A stretch of DNA of 64,000 nucleotides. Origin: an uncultured Dehalococcoidia bacterium. Its GTDB lineage: Bacteria; Chloroflexota; Dehalococcoidia; Lucifugimonadales; GCA-2712585. Below are positions 17,967 to 27,720 of the stretch, piece after piece (position 1 is the stretch's first letter; each line of letters opens with the position of its first letter). The stretch spans positions 2,175,697 through 2,239,696 of the forward strand of contig OY282371.1 in assembly GCA_958295715.1 (NCBI GenBank). The letters run 5' to 3'. The position numbers and the translations under genes were made by a program. The notes beneath the pieces were generated by a model that was given only the letters and a program-made list of their open reading frames with translations, did no database searches and was not told the origin of the DNA.

Positions 17967-19058
17967 CTACTTTACATAGGTGGTAATCCTTTCAATCTGC
18001 TGATTCCAACCTACCCTCAAAGACGCAGGGGTATCCTCAGATTCCAATAAACGGAGTAAAGTTTCGTTAAAGATGCCCCTACCCCGTCGGCCAATCATAG
18101 CCAAAAGCATCAGTAGCCATTCTTTTATAATTACGAAATTGACCTCGTGTCCCTGGGCAAAGTATTGGCGAGCTTGCCGTTTTGCGTCCGGACCAACAGC
18201 CTCCGGGCTCACAAAGAACAGATAATCCTCTATTCCATGGAGGGATATCTTGGTATTGAAGGTGGCGATTACTCGAGTCGCATCCACGGGGCGTTCGGTT
18301 ACCTCGGCAGTCATTAGGGTTTCCCCACGGCTTATAACCGTGATGTCGCCACCGGCGCCGGCGGCAGTATCCGATACGTTAATCCCCTGCCAAGACACCT
18401 CCCAATCCAATTCAAAATAACTCTTGATAGTGGTGAAGGCCGCCACCACCAGTAAAACGGGAAGCCTGCCTCCACTCGGCGTATCAAGCAGACCGGAAAT
18501 CAAGTCGTCGAACTGTTCCAAACTAATCCTATGAATCTTTGAAAGAGGAACATTCGCTTGTTCTCGCAGTTCCGCGAATTTGTATAGCACGTAGTTAAGA
18601 AACTTGAGAAGTTCGGAGTCTTCAGCAGTTTCTTCAATGTGCTTTATGGCCTCAAGCAGACTATCGTAGTCCTCCTGGTATCTAAGGCCCTCTCTAGTTG
18701 GCAAGTTAAATTCCACTGAGCGTCTGAATACGCTCAAGTAAGGGCCACGAGAGCAGGGAATTCGCTCATCGTAAAGAAACCGGTTGACAACCTTTTCATC
18801 CAGGCCTCGTCCGCTGAAGGCGTTGGGGCCTTGCCTGGCGTAAGGCTGCCGTATGTTTATTGTCTTGTCTTGAATTCTCGCGACAAGGCAACCCAAAAGG
18901 GCTTCCCTATATGCCTGCGTCGGGGAATTAAAAACAGCGTCGCACGCCAACTTAAGGGCCTCCGGCGTTTCAGGAGGCGTCTTATCTAGCATCCGTGTCT
19001 CTGCGGCAGGAAAGTTATCTTCTAGTAACTTCCTAGCCCCTTGATAATCAATCGGCAT
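17967..19058 (-). CDS. Putative type II restriction endonuclease (partner of the adjacent Dam-class methyltransferase)
   Basis: 363 aa, AT-rich (about 45%), starting 24 nt downstream of the methyltransferase on the same strand. No family recognised by eye. The call rests mainly on context. Confidence 0.45.
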   Translation of the reverse strand: MPIDYQGARKLLEDNFPAAETRMLDKTPPETPEALKLACDAVFNSPTQAYREALLGCLVARIQDKTINIRQPYARQGPNAFSGRGLDEKVVNRFLYDERIPCSRGPYLSVFRRSVEFNLPTREGLRYQEDYDSLLEAIKHIEETAEDSELLKFLNYVLYKFAELREQANVPLSKIHRISLEQFDDLISGLLDTPSGGRLPVLLVVAAFTTIKSYFELDWEVSWQGINVSDTAAGAGGDITVISRGETLMTAEVTERPVDATRVIATFNTKISLHGIEDYLFFVSPEAVGPDAKRQARQYFAQGHEVNFVIIKEWLLMLLAMIGRRGRGIFNETLLRLLESEDTPASLRVGWNQQIERITTYVK

Positions 19059-19082
19059 TAAATCTGAGCTTCACAGGACCTA

Positions 19083-19964
19083 TCAGAAGTTTGTCCATAG
19101 GGCCTCTTGGCGCAGGTCTTTTGAGGAGTGGCATTTCTTAGGCGGGGCGTCATGCCGCTTCCATCCCCTGTACAAGTCCGTCATCAACTCGCAGCGGTAA
19201 CCGGAGATGGCGACATTTCCGTCGCACTCACGAAGCACGGCCGCCAAACGCCGGTGCTCCTCCTCACTCATCTCAAATCCGTAGGCCCTGCTGTCCCTCC
19301 GGGCGCTGTGGGCGTAGGGAGGGTCGCAGTAAAACAGGGTGTCGGGACTGTCATACAGCTTGATAACCTCAATGGCGGGACGGTTCTCTATCTGAACCCT
19401 CAGAAGCCGGGCGGCTATCTCCGGCAGGGTCTCCAGGCTGCCCAGCCATCGCGAGACCACCCCGCTCATACCGGCGCGGCTGGTCTGCTTGCAGTTGGCC
19501 CACCGGCCCAGAGTGGCGGTCTGAGCCAGGCCCGTTCTGGCCTGCCGCGCCCGCACAAAAAACCGGCGCGCCCTCTCCATGTCCGACACGGGTTCTCCGC
19601 CGGAAGACAGGGCGATGTAGAACTCCTCCCGCGAAAAGGGCGTCAGGCCGATGCTCTCAATCAACTCATCCTTTGCGCTGCGGAGGACCCGGAAGAAGTT
19701 AGTCACCTCTCCGTCTATGTCATTGTAGGTTTCGATGGGAGACGGAGCCCGGTTGAGAAGCACGGCGGCCGAGCCGCCAAAGGGTTCGCAGTAGTGGCGG
19801 CCCTCCGGCAGCAGGGGGAGGAGCCAGTCCAAATGGCTGTACTTCCCGCCATACCACCCGAAGGCTATGGACTTGCGCGGGCGAGGCAGAACCTTGGCGG
19901 CCGGTTTGCCCCCTGAGCGCGCGGCGTCCTGCTCCAAGTAGATGGGTGACGGGGTTCTTGCCAT
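19083..19964 (-). CDS. DNA adenine methyltransferase (D12 class, Dam family)
   Basis: FGWYGGK, EPFGGSAAV (SAM-binding FxGxG) and YCDPPY (motif IV DPPY). Confidence 0.85.
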   Translation of the reverse strand: MARTPSPIYLEQDAARSGGKPAAKVLPRPRKSIAFGWYGGKYSHLDWLLPLLPEGRHYCEPFGGSAAVLLNRAPSPIETYNDIDGEVTNFFRVLRSAKDELIESIGLTPFSREEFYIALSSGGEPVSDMERARRFFVRARQARTGLAQTATLGRWANCKQTSRAGMSGVVSRWLGSLETLPEIAARLLRVQIENRPAIEVIKLYDSPDTLFYCDPPYAHSARRDSRAYGFEMSEEEHRRLAAVLRECDGNVAISGYRCELMTDLYRGWKRHDAPPKKCHSSKDLRQEALWTNF

Positions 19965-20118
19965 GGGCCATCAACTCCCCGGTTGGTCCATGCTGGGCTA
20001 GTACAAGCGTATCTTAGCGGTTGCGCCGCAAAAACGCCACAGATGAACTTGGGCTTAAGATGGGTTGGCAAAGGTCTTCGGCCATCCCCGGCCCACGGCA
20101 GAGCCCCGGCGCGCCGGC

Positions 20119-22290
20119 CTAGAAACCGCCCGAAAAACTCCCCGCGCGGCTTGGGCTTTTGAGCACTTGACGGGACTTGCCCGGCTCGCCGCCGGCCACT
20201 ATCCCCTCTTCTTCAAGGATATCAAGCAGTTGCATGGCCCTGGGATATCCAATCTCGAGGTGCCGCTGGAGCAGCGACGGGGACATCTGCTGGTACTTGC
20301 CGGCCATCTGCCGCGCCTTATCCAGCAACTTGTCCTCGTCGTCCTCTTCCTCGTCCTCCGCTTCAGCCTCCATGGACATTTGCGAAAGGGGCGGGCCCTT
20401 CTGGCTCTTCCAGAAGTCTATCAACGCCTCGAGCTCCGAGTCCGACAGATAAGCGCCCTGTATCCGCAGGGGAGCGGGCGACTGGGCGGAGAGGAAGAGC
20501 ATGTCACCCTTCCCCAAGAGCTTGTCGGCCCCGGCCCCGTCAAGTATCACCCTGGAGTCCACCTGCGACGCCACGGCGAAGGCGATGCGGCCCGGCACGT
20601 TGGCCTTCAGCAGCCCGGTTACGACCTTCACCGACGGCCTCTGGGTGCACAGTATCAGGTGTATGCCCGCGGCGCGGCCCAGCTGGGCCAGGCGCACCAG
20701 GGCCTGCTCCACCTCAAACCCGGATATCATCATCAGGTCGGCCAACTCGTCGATGATGAGCACGGCGTAGGGCATCGGCTCCTTGGCCTTGCGGTTATAT
20801 CCGTCAATGTTCCGCGCGCCAATCTCCTCCATCAGCTTGTAGCGGGCGAACATCTCCCGCAGCAGGGCCTCCAAGACCTCCGTCACCTCGTCGGTGTCCA
20901 CGATGACGGGGGCGAAGAGGTGGGGGATGCCGTTGAAGGGGGTCAACTCCACCCGCTTGGGGTCCACCATCAGCATTCTGAGGCGGTCCGGCGGGATGGA
21001 CATTAGGAAGGAAGCGACCACGGTGTTGATGCAAACGCTCTTGCCGCTTCCCGTGGACCCGGCGATTAGCAGATGGGGAAGGCTCACCAGATTGGTCACC
21101 AGGGGGTTGCCGCCGGTGTCCTGTCCCAGGGCCACGGGCAGACCGTTCTTCTTGACAATCTCCCGGAAGTCGGGGTTGGTGATGATGGAGCGCAGGAATA
21201 CGCTGCTGGGCTTGGGGTTGGGAACCTCCAGCCCCACAAAGCTCTCGCCGGGGACAGGCGACTCTATGCGCAGGTCCGAGGTCTTGAGGGCCAGGGCCAG
21301 GTCCGTTTCCCTGGCCAGTATGCTCTGGACCTTAACGCGGCCCATGTCCACGTGGGTCTTCTCATCCAGGGCCTTGGCGTCCCGGTTCCTCTTGATGCGG
21401 CCCGGGACCAGCCCGAACCTAATCACCCGCGGGCCGGTTCTAACGTCCGTCACCGACACCTCGACGCCGTGGTCGGAGAGGGTCTCCTCAATGCGCGACG
21501 ACATCTCGTCGAGAATTCCCTTGTCCAGAACCTCGGTTTCCCCCACGGTGAGGAGTTCCAGACCGGGCAGCACCCACTTGGACTCTGCTTGGGCCGTCTC
21601 AAGGGGCCTGTCATGGACGGCCGCCCCGTTGAAGGGTTCCATCACGTAGTCTTGGCCGACGGGAGCCATGTCCGTCGCGTCGAAGGCCTCCATCGAATGG
21701 CCGTTGGACGTGGCTGGAACGGCTTCACCCTCCGCGGCGGCCGGTTGAGGTCTGCGCGGGACCAACCGTGGCAGTTCCCGCGCCCGCGCCGCCAAGTACA
21801 GGTAGGCCGCCACCGCGCCCCGCGACGTCGCTTCGACGCCTGCCTGGCACTGGGCAACGCTCCACCGGGGGGCGACGATGAGGAGAATGGCCAGAAGGGC
21901 CGCGGCTACCTTGGCGATGCCCAGGGGCAGGGGATACCCGCCCAAAAGCCGGCCCCAGTATCCGGAGAGGCCGATTTCGTCAAGGGCGCCTTGGCTGGGC
22001 ACAAAGAGGGAGAGGAATCCGAGGGTGGCCACCACGCCAAGGGCGGCGGCCAGCCAGGCGCTGGGGTAGGCCGTCACCCACTTGCGCCCGAATTTCAGGG
22101 TCAGCAGGAAGGCGGCTATCCACAGACCGACGGGGGCGTATCCAAAGCCCAAGCTGGTCCAAACCACGCTGCGGGCGTCGTCCCAGAAGTAGAGGAGGCT
22201 GGCGGGAGTCAACACGAGAACCAAGGCGGCCAAGGCCACCTGGACTTTTCGGTATCGAAGCAGGCCGAAGGCTTTCAAAAGCCGTCCCAT
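20119..22290 (-). CDS. ftsK: DNA translocase FtsK/SpoIIIE
   Basis: 723 aa with N-terminal TM helices, Walker A GSTGSGKSV, Walker B LIIDELADL and a C-terminal gamma winged-helix (SPSLLQRHLEIGYPRAMQLLDILEE). Confidence 0.95.
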   Translation of the reverse strand: MGRLLKAFGLLRYRKVQVALAALVLVLTPASLLYFWDDARSVVWTSLGFGYAPVGLWIAAFLLTLKFGRKWVTAYPSAWLAAALGVVATLGFLSLFVPSQGALDEIGLSGYWGRLLGGYPLPLGIAKVAAALLAILLIVAPRWSVAQCQAGVEATSRGAVAAYLYLAARARELPRLVPRRPQPAAAEGEAVPATSNGHSMEAFDATDMAPVGQDYVMEPFNGAAVHDRPLETAQAESKWVLPGLELLTVGETEVLDKGILDEMSSRIEETLSDHGVEVSVTDVRTGPRVIRFGLVPGRIKRNRDAKALDEKTHVDMGRVKVQSILARETDLALALKTSDLRIESPVPGESFVGLEVPNPKPSSVFLRSIITNPDFREIVKKNGLPVALGQDTGGNPLVTNLVSLPHLLIAGSTGSGKSVCINTVVASFLMSIPPDRLRMLMVDPKRVELTPFNGIPHLFAPVIVDTDEVTEVLEALLREMFARYKLMEEIGARNIDGYNRKAKEPMPYAVLIIDELADLMMISGFEVEQALVRLAQLGRAAGIHLILCTQRPSVKVVTGLLKANVPGRIAFAVASQVDSRVILDGAGADKLLGKGDMLFLSAQSPAPLRIQGAYLSDSELEALIDFWKSQKGPPLSQMSMEAEAEDEEEDDEDKLLDKARQMAGKYQQMSPSLLQRHLEIGYPRAMQLLDILEEEGIVAGGEPGKSRQVLKSPSRAGSFSGGF

Positions 22291-22324
22291 GGCAGAGTTC
22301 CCGGACTACAGGATGTCGGATATC

Positions 22325-23995
22325 TCAGACCTTCAGGGTCAGAGGTACAATCATAGGCCTTCGACCCGTGTCCTTGTAAAGGAGCTCGCCTGCCAGTTTC
22401 TTCACTTTTTCACTTACGCGGCCCCAGTCGGGAGAGGCGCCTGCGTCACTGTCGAGGGCGTCGTACACGCGCCCGGCCACCTTCTCAAAGAGTTCACCGT
22501 CCCGCCCGTCCTCCATGAAGCCGCAGGACACCACCTTGGTATCCATCAACGGGGCGCCGTTCAGCCGGTCGAGACCCACCACGACCACCACCACGCCATC
22601 CTGAGACATGGCCTTCCGGTCTCGCAGGACGCCGCTGTCGGAGTCCAGGGTGTGGCCGCCCTCAACGTACACGCTCCTGGCCGGCAGCCTGTCCACCACG
22701 CTGCCTGACTCGGAATTCAGCTCCAGCGCGTCGCCGTCCTCCAAAACAAACACCCGCTCCTTTTTGACGCCCACCTCACGGGCCAGCGCCGCGTGGGCGG
22801 CCAGCCCCCTGTACTCGCCATGAACGGGCACGAAGAACCGCGGCTTGGTGAGGCGCAGCATCAGCTTCAAGTCCTCCCGGGCGCCGTGGCCGTGGACGTG
22901 CACGGTGGCTATCTTGTCGTAGAGCACCCGCGCTCCCTGGCGCGTCAGGTTGTTGATGGTCCTGTTGACCACCTTCTCGTTGCCCGGGATGGCCGAGGCG
23001 GAGATTATCACCGTGTCGCCGGGCTGGGCGTCAATCTGACGGTGGGAGCCGTTGGCTATGCGAACCAGGGCCGAGGTCGGCTCTCCCTGGCTGCCCGTGG
23101 TGATGAGAACCACCTGGTTTTGGGGCAGCCTCAGGGCCTTTCGGAGGGGAATCAGGAGGCCGGGAGGGGCCGTTAGGTAGCCCATATCCCTGGCCATGGC
23201 GACGTTATCCACCATGCGGCGTCCCACGATGGCCACCTTCCGGTTGTGCCGCGCCGCCGCGTCGATGACCTGCTGGATGCGGGCGATTAGCGACGCGAAG
23301 GTGGCCACCAGCGCCCGGCCCGGGGCCTCGGCGATGGCCCGGTCCAAGGCATCTCCAACCACCTGCTCCGAGGGCGTATAACCCTCCATTTCGGCGTAGG
23401 TGGAGTCGGACAGCAGCAGCAGCGTTCCCTCCTCGCCGAAGCGGGCCAAGCGGGCGAAGTCCATCATGCCGCCGTCCACGGGCGTGTGGTCGACCTTGAA
23501 GTCGCCGGTGTGTATCACCCGCCCCGCGGGGGTGTTTATGGCCAGCCCCATGGCGTCGGGGATGCTGTGACACACCCGGAAGGCCTCCGCTTCAAACCGC
23601 CCCAGGGACACCGGCTCGCCGGGTTCAAGGACGCGAAGGTCGGCCATCTGGTGAATCCCGTGGTCCCTCAGCTTCACCGATATGAGGCCGTGGGCCAGCC
23701 GGGGGGCGTACACGGGCGCGTTGAGCCGGGGCAGAACGTAGGGAAGGGCGCCGGTGTGGTCCTCGTGGCCGTGGGTAATCAGTATGGCCCGCACCTTGTG
23801 GGCGCGTTCTATGAGATAGGATACGTCGGGAATGCCCAGGTCCACCCCCGGGGCGTCTTCGCCGGGGAACATGACGCCGCAGTCGACGACGACGATGTCG
23901 TCGCCCCACTCCAGGACCATCATGTTCTTGCCAATCTCCCCCAGGCCGCCCAGGGGGATAACCCTCAGAGGGACGTGGGACGCGTTATTCGTCAT
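22325..23995 (-). CDS. rnj: Ribonuclease J
   Basis: 556 aa with a metallo-beta-lactamase HGHEDHTG motif, a beta-CASP region and a C-terminal domain. The N-terminus LRVIPLGGLGEIGKNM is typical of RNase J. Confidence 0.92.
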   Translation of the reverse strand: MTNNASHVPLRVIPLGGLGEIGKNMMVLEWGDDIVVVDCGVMFPGEDAPGVDLGIPDVSYLIERAHKVRAILITHGHEDHTGALPYVLPRLNAPVYAPRLAHGLISVKLRDHGIHQMADLRVLEPGEPVSLGRFEAEAFRVCHSIPDAMGLAINTPAGRVIHTGDFKVDHTPVDGGMMDFARLARFGEEGTLLLLSDSTYAEMEGYTPSEQVVGDALDRAIAEAPGRALVATFASLIARIQQVIDAAARHNRKVAIVGRRMVDNVAMARDMGYLTAPPGLLIPLRKALRLPQNQVVLITTGSQGEPTSALVRIANGSHRQIDAQPGDTVIISASAIPGNEKVVNRTINNLTRQGARVLYDKIATVHVHGHGAREDLKLMLRLTKPRFFVPVHGEYRGLAAHAALAREVGVKKERVFVLEDGDALELNSESGSVVDRLPARSVYVEGGHTLDSDSGVLRDRKAMSQDGVVVVVVGLDRLNGAPLMDTKVVSCGFMEDGRDGELFEKVAGRVYDALDSDAGASPDWGRVSEKVKKLAGELLYKDTGRRPMIVPLTLKV

Positions 23996-24010
23996 GGGCT
24001 GTCATAGGCG

Positions 24011-24625
24011 TCATGGGCCTCCACTTGAAAACATATTTAGCTGCTCGCCCGGAGGGTCATCGGCGGGCGGTTGGCGGACGGCCTGCTTCGCCAGGGTGGA
24101 TATGGCCTTGAAGTCATCCTCAATCACCTTTCTCAGGTTCTGATTGTGGAGGGCCGCCGCCGGGTGGTACATGGGGTATATCAGCCTTCCCTCAACGCTT
24201 CTGGCCTTGCCCCTAACCTTGCCGATGGTCTGGTTGGGAATGAATCTGGCCATCGAAAACCTGCCTAGGGTGGCCACCGCCTTGGGGTTTACCAGTTCAA
24301 TCTGCCGGTCCAGGTGCTTGCGACAGGCGGCTATCTCGCCCGGCAGGGGGTCCCGGTTGTTGGGCGGGCGGCACTTCACCACGTTGGTGATGTACACCTG
24401 CTTCCGGTCGAGACCCGCCGACGCGATGAGCTGGTCAAGGAACCGGCCGGCCGGCCCCACGAAGGGCCTGCCCTGCTTGTCCTCGTGGAAACCGGGGCCT
24501 TCGCCTATCATCATGATTTCGGCGTCAGCGGGGCCCTCGCCGGGCACCGCGTGAGTCCTGTTCTTGCTGAGAGAACAGTCGACGCAAACGCTTATCCGCC
24601 GGGCTACCTCTTCCAGACTGCTCAT
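24011..24625 (-). CDS. udg: Uracil-DNA glycosylase, family 4
   Basis: C.xC Fe-S cysteines, GEGPG and FVGPAG motifs. Confidence 0.88.
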   Translation of the reverse strand: MSSLEEVARRISVCVDCSLSKNRTHAVPGEGPADAEIMMIGEGPGFHEDKQGRPFVGPAGRFLDQLIASAGLDRKQVYITNVVKCRPPNNRDPLPGEIAACRKHLDRQIELVNPKAVATLGRFSMARFIPNQTIGKVRGKARSVEGRLIYPMYHPAAALHNQNLRKVIEDDFKAISTLAKQAVRQPPADDPPGEQLNMFSSGGP

Positions 24626-24680
24626 AAACCGTGACCTCGCGGAGGGTTTTGCCAGGCCAGTTTATCAGAGAAAGTCTTTT

Positions 24681-24959
24681 CTAAACATCCTCGACGTCCT
24701 CACCGTCCTCAACGCCGCTTCCCTTGAGGTAGTCAATGGCGTCCTGAACCGTGAGGATCTTCTCCGCCTCCTCATCGGATATCTCAACCTTCCGGTCGTC
24801 GGTGGAGAACTCCTCCTCGAAGGCCATTATCAGTTCCACCAGGTCCAGGGAGTCGGCGTTGAGGGTTTCGACGAAGGAGGCTTCGGGAGTGACCTTGTCC
24901 TCATCCGCGCCGAGCTTGTCAACTACAATGTCTTTTACTCTTTCCATGACTGTTGCCAT
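24681..24959 (-). CDS. acpP: Acyl carrier protein
   Basis: [19 protein letters not shown] contains the DSL phosphopantetheine attachment site. There is an acidic C-terminal extension. Confidence 0.93.
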   Translation of the reverse strand: MATVMERVKDIVVDKLGADEDKVTPEASFVETLNADSLDLVELIMAFEEEFSTDDRKVEISDEEAEKILTVQDAIDYLKGSGVEDGEDVEDV

Positions 24960-24972
24960 GTTATCACCTATC

Positions 24973-25419
24973 TTATCGCCTGCTTGCCTCTGTGGTGGGA
25001 TCGCCCATATTCATAAGGGAGCCAAGAACGCCGTTCACGAACCGCGGCGAACTCTCGCTGCCAAAGGTCTTGGCCAACTCCACAGCCTCATTTATCACAA
25101 CCTTGGGCGGCGTTGAGGCGGCGTGGCCAATCTCGTAGATGGCTATCCGCAATATGTTGCGGTCAACCGTCGGGATCTGCTCCACCGGCCAGGCGGGAGC
25201 CAGATCCCTAATCATGCTGTCGATGCCTTTAAGTTCCGTCGCGACCCCGCGCGCCAAACCACGGGCGAAGGCCTTGGCCCCCGCGTTCATGGACGCGCCC
25301 GCCAAAAGCCTCTCCATCGTCTCCTCCGGCGAGTGGTCCGAGGCGTCGCCCTCATACAGGGCCTGCAACGCCAGGCTTCTGGCCTTTCTCCGGAGAAGAG
25401 GAGCCTTTTGAGGAGCCAT
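24973..25419 (-). CDS. nusB: Transcription antitermination factor NusB
   Basis: The start at [23 protein letters not shown] is the typical NusB N-terminus. The 61-aa upstream extension in the ORF track overlaps fabD and is Arg/Gly-rich. Confidence 0.88.
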   Translation of the reverse strand: MAPQKAPLLRRKARSLALQALYEGDASDHSPEETMERLLAGASMNAGAKAFARGLARGVATELKGIDSMIRDLAPAWPVEQIPTVDRNILRIAIYEIGHAASTPPKVVINEAVELAKTFGSESSPRFVNGVLGSLMNMGDPTTEASRR

Positions 25420-25445
25420 GGGGGCGCGTCTTCGCGTGCGGGATT

Positions 25446-26402
25446 TTAGAGGGCCGGATTTTGTCCAGCCACCCTTCGGGCTGAGACCGTATCTCCAACG
25501 TTGGCCGTCTTCGCGCTGCGGTCTATCCGCTTCACCAGACCCGTCAGCACCCGGCCCGGCCCGAACTCTACGAAGGTGGAGACGCCCATGTGTATCATGC
25601 ACTCAACGGACTGCTTCCACTGAACGCAGTGACAGACCTGCTCCTCCAACTCCTCTCTTATCTCCTGACCGGTGGTCAACTGCTGACCCGAAAGGTTGGC
25701 TACGATGGGCGCCTTCGGTTCCTTGAAGGAGGTCTCCTCCAAGACCTTGCACAACTCATCGCGGGCGGGAGACATCAGCTGGGAGTGGAAGGCGCCGGCC
25801 ACGGCCAGGGGAACGGCCTTCCGCGCGCCGCGGGCCAGGGCCATGTCAACGGCCTTGGACATGGCGCAACGGTCACCGCTTATCACTATCTGGTCGTGGG
25901 TGTTCACGTTGGCAATCTCAACGCCGGTCTCCCGGCACACCTCTTCCAACGTCGCGTCGTCCAACCCGATGATGGCGGCCATGCCTCCTGAGCGGCCCTC
26001 CGCCGCCTTCTGCATGAGGTTGCCCCGCTGCTGAACCAAGCGAATGCCGTCAACCAGGTCCAGAACTCCGGCCGCCACGAGGGACGTGTACTCCCCCAGG
26101 CTGTGCCCGGCGAAGGCCACAGGCTCCACCGGCTCGCATGGGGCGCACTCCTCCAAGGCCGCCAACGAGGCCAAAGAAGCGGCCATGATGGCGGGTTGGG
26201 AGTTCACCGTCTTTTGCAATTCGCCGCAGGGACCCTCGAACATCAACTTACTAAGAGGAAAGGACAATGACTCGTCCACAGTGTCAAAAACTTCTCTCGC
26301 CCGCTTTGAGGTCTTGTAGAGTTCCGACCCCATCCCAACGAATTGGGAACCTTGCCCAGGGAAAATGTAGGCAATTCCAGGACTGTTTTGTGTTTTCGTG
26401 AT
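25446..26402 (-). CDS. fabD: Malonyl CoA-acyl carrier protein transacylase (start codon non-canonical or unresolved)
   Basis: GHSLGEY active site. The conserved N-terminal [16 protein letters not shown] lies upstream of the first ATG (26333). The frame is open back to a TAA at 26409-26411 and contains only ATC, ACG or ATT as possible starts. The 5' end is therefore approximate. Confidence 0.85.
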   Translation of the reverse strand: MTKTQNSPGIAYIFPGQGSQFVGMGSELYKTSKRAREVFDTVDESLSFPLSKLMFEGPCGELQKTVNSQPAIMAASLASLAALEECAPCEPVEPVAFAGHSLGEYTSLVAAGVLDLVDGIRLVQQRGNLMQKAAEGRSGGMAAIIGLDDATLEEVCRETGVEIANVNTHDQIVISGDRCAMSKAVDMALARGARKAVPLAVAGAFHSQLMSPARDELCKVLEETSFKEPKAPIVANLSGQQLTTGQEIREELEEQVCHCVQWKQSVECMIHMGVSTFVEFGPGRVLTGLVKRIDRSAKTANVGDTVSARRVAGQNPAL

Positions 26403-26463
26403 TCCCCCTTAAACGAACTTAATCTAGTATTTCGAACAAAAATGGGAAACCTAAAACTACGGT

Positions 26464-26664
26464 CTAAGTGTCTTCTGCTTCACCTCCTGGCGTAAAGATT
26501 CGACGGCCCTTATAAAACCCGCACTTGAGACATGCCCGGTGGGGCAGCTTGGCCGAACGGCACTGCGGGCAGATGGATGGGTGGGTGGTCTTCAGACGGT
26601 AGGCAATTGCCCTTCTACGTCCGCTCCTTGCCCTGCTGATTTTTTTGGTTGGAAGCGCGCCCAT
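26464..26664 (-). CDS. rpmF: 50S ribosomal protein L32
   Basis: MGALPTKKISRARSGRRRA... with CPQC...CLKC zinc-ribbon cysteines. Start taken at ATG 26664. Confidence 0.93.
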   Translation of the reverse strand: MGALPTKKISRARSGRRRAIAYRLKTTHPSICPQCRSAKLPHRACLKCGFYKGRRIFTPGGEAEDT

Positions 26665-26672
26665 AGGTGACT

Positions 26673-27170
26673 CTAACCCCCGCGCCGGGAACCCAGGGCA
26701 GCCAGTTTGGCCCAACGAGGCTCCACCGGCCGCTCCTGACACTGGCACGGGCTGAGATTTTTGTCGCCGCCGCAGAGGGCGCAGATGCCTTTGCAGTCGG
26801 ACTGGCACACGGCTTTGACCGGGCGGTTGAGGATTAGATACTGGCGCAGGGTCTCTCGGAGGTCCAACGCCCCGTCGCGGTCTATGACAAGCTCCCCGTT
26901 CTCCGCCTCCGCCGGGCCGGAGGGCCGGGCCCTCTCGTCAATGCAGACGTGAACGGGTAGCCGGAAGACGCTCAGACAGCGACCGCAGGACTCGTCAACC
27001 TCCACGTCTAGGCCCGCCTTGGCCCAGACGCCTCTGTTAAACCGGGTCAACCGGACGTGTCCAACGACCCGTTCCCGCACGCCTGCCTCTATCAATACCT
27101 CTTCATTCACCTGGAGGTCCCACTGGAAACCCACAGGCTCCTTCAAAAGCTGTGCTACGTTGTATCGCAT
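26673..27170 (-). CDS. yceD: YceD/DUF177 family protein
   Basis: 165 aa with a C-terminal Cys cluster (C.SDCKGICALCG). It lies immediately upstream of rpmF, the conserved context. Confidence 0.8.
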   Translation of the reverse strand: MRYNVAQLLKEPVGFQWDLQVNEEVLIEAGVRERVVGHVRLTRFNRGVWAKAGLDVEVDESCGRCLSVFRLPVHVCIDERARPSGPAEAENGELVIDRDGALDLRETLRQYLILNRPVKAVCQSDCKGICALCGGDKNLSPCQCQERPVEPRWAKLAALGSRRGG

Positions 27171-27202
27171 AAGGCTAAGTCTTCAAAGCAAAGCGACGGG
27201 AA

Positions 27203-27232
27203 ATTATAATTACGGGGCGCGTCTAATGTCAA
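27203..27232 (-). promoter_or_regulatory. Sigma70-type promoter for yceD-rpmF (TTGACA-18-TATAAT)
   Basis: tgtcaa at 27227-27232 and attata at 27203-27208 on the plus strand, which read as consensus hexamers on the minus strand. Confidence 0.5.
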
Positions 27233-27294
27233 GGGGAGGGGATAGACCTTAGGACGGGTCTATGGCGATGGTGAAGAAAAAGCGGCTGTGTGGG

Positions 27295-27711
27295 CTATGA
27301 AAACGGCCTTTCCTCAACGGTGTCTTTAATGAATTTTACAATGTCTTTGGTGGAGGAGCCAGGGCCGAAGATGCCGTTTAGCCCCATTTCCCCCAGGGGT
27401 TCGTGGTCCTCCACCGGTATGATGCCGCCGGCCAGAAGCAGGACGTCCTCCATGCCGTTTTCCCTGAGCCCGGCCAAAATCTCAGGGAAAAGCTCCATGT
27501 GCGCCCCCGAGAGTATGCTAAGCCCTATCACGTCCACGTCCTCCTGGACCGCCGCTTCCACTATCATCTGAGGGGTTTGGCGTATGCCGGTGTAAATCAC
27601 CTCCATGCCCGCGTCGCGCAGGGACCGGGCGATGACCTTGGCCCCGCGGTCGTGCCCGTCCAAGCCCGGCTTGGCCACCAACACCCTTATCTTTCGCCGC
27701 CGTTCCAACAT
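27295..27711 (-). CDS. Methylmalonyl-CoA mutase, cobalamin-binding subunit
   Basis: 138 aa. [15 protein letters not shown] contains the DxHxxG B12-binding motif. Confidence 0.9.
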   Translation of the reverse strand: MLERRRKIRVLVAKPGLDGHDRGAKVIARSLRDAGMEVIYTGIRQTPQMIVEAAVQEDVDVIGLSILSGAHMELFPEILAGLRENGMEDVLLLAGGIIPVEDHEPLGEMGLNGIFGPGSSTKDIVKFIKDTVEERPFS

Positions 27712-27720
27712 AGATACTAT

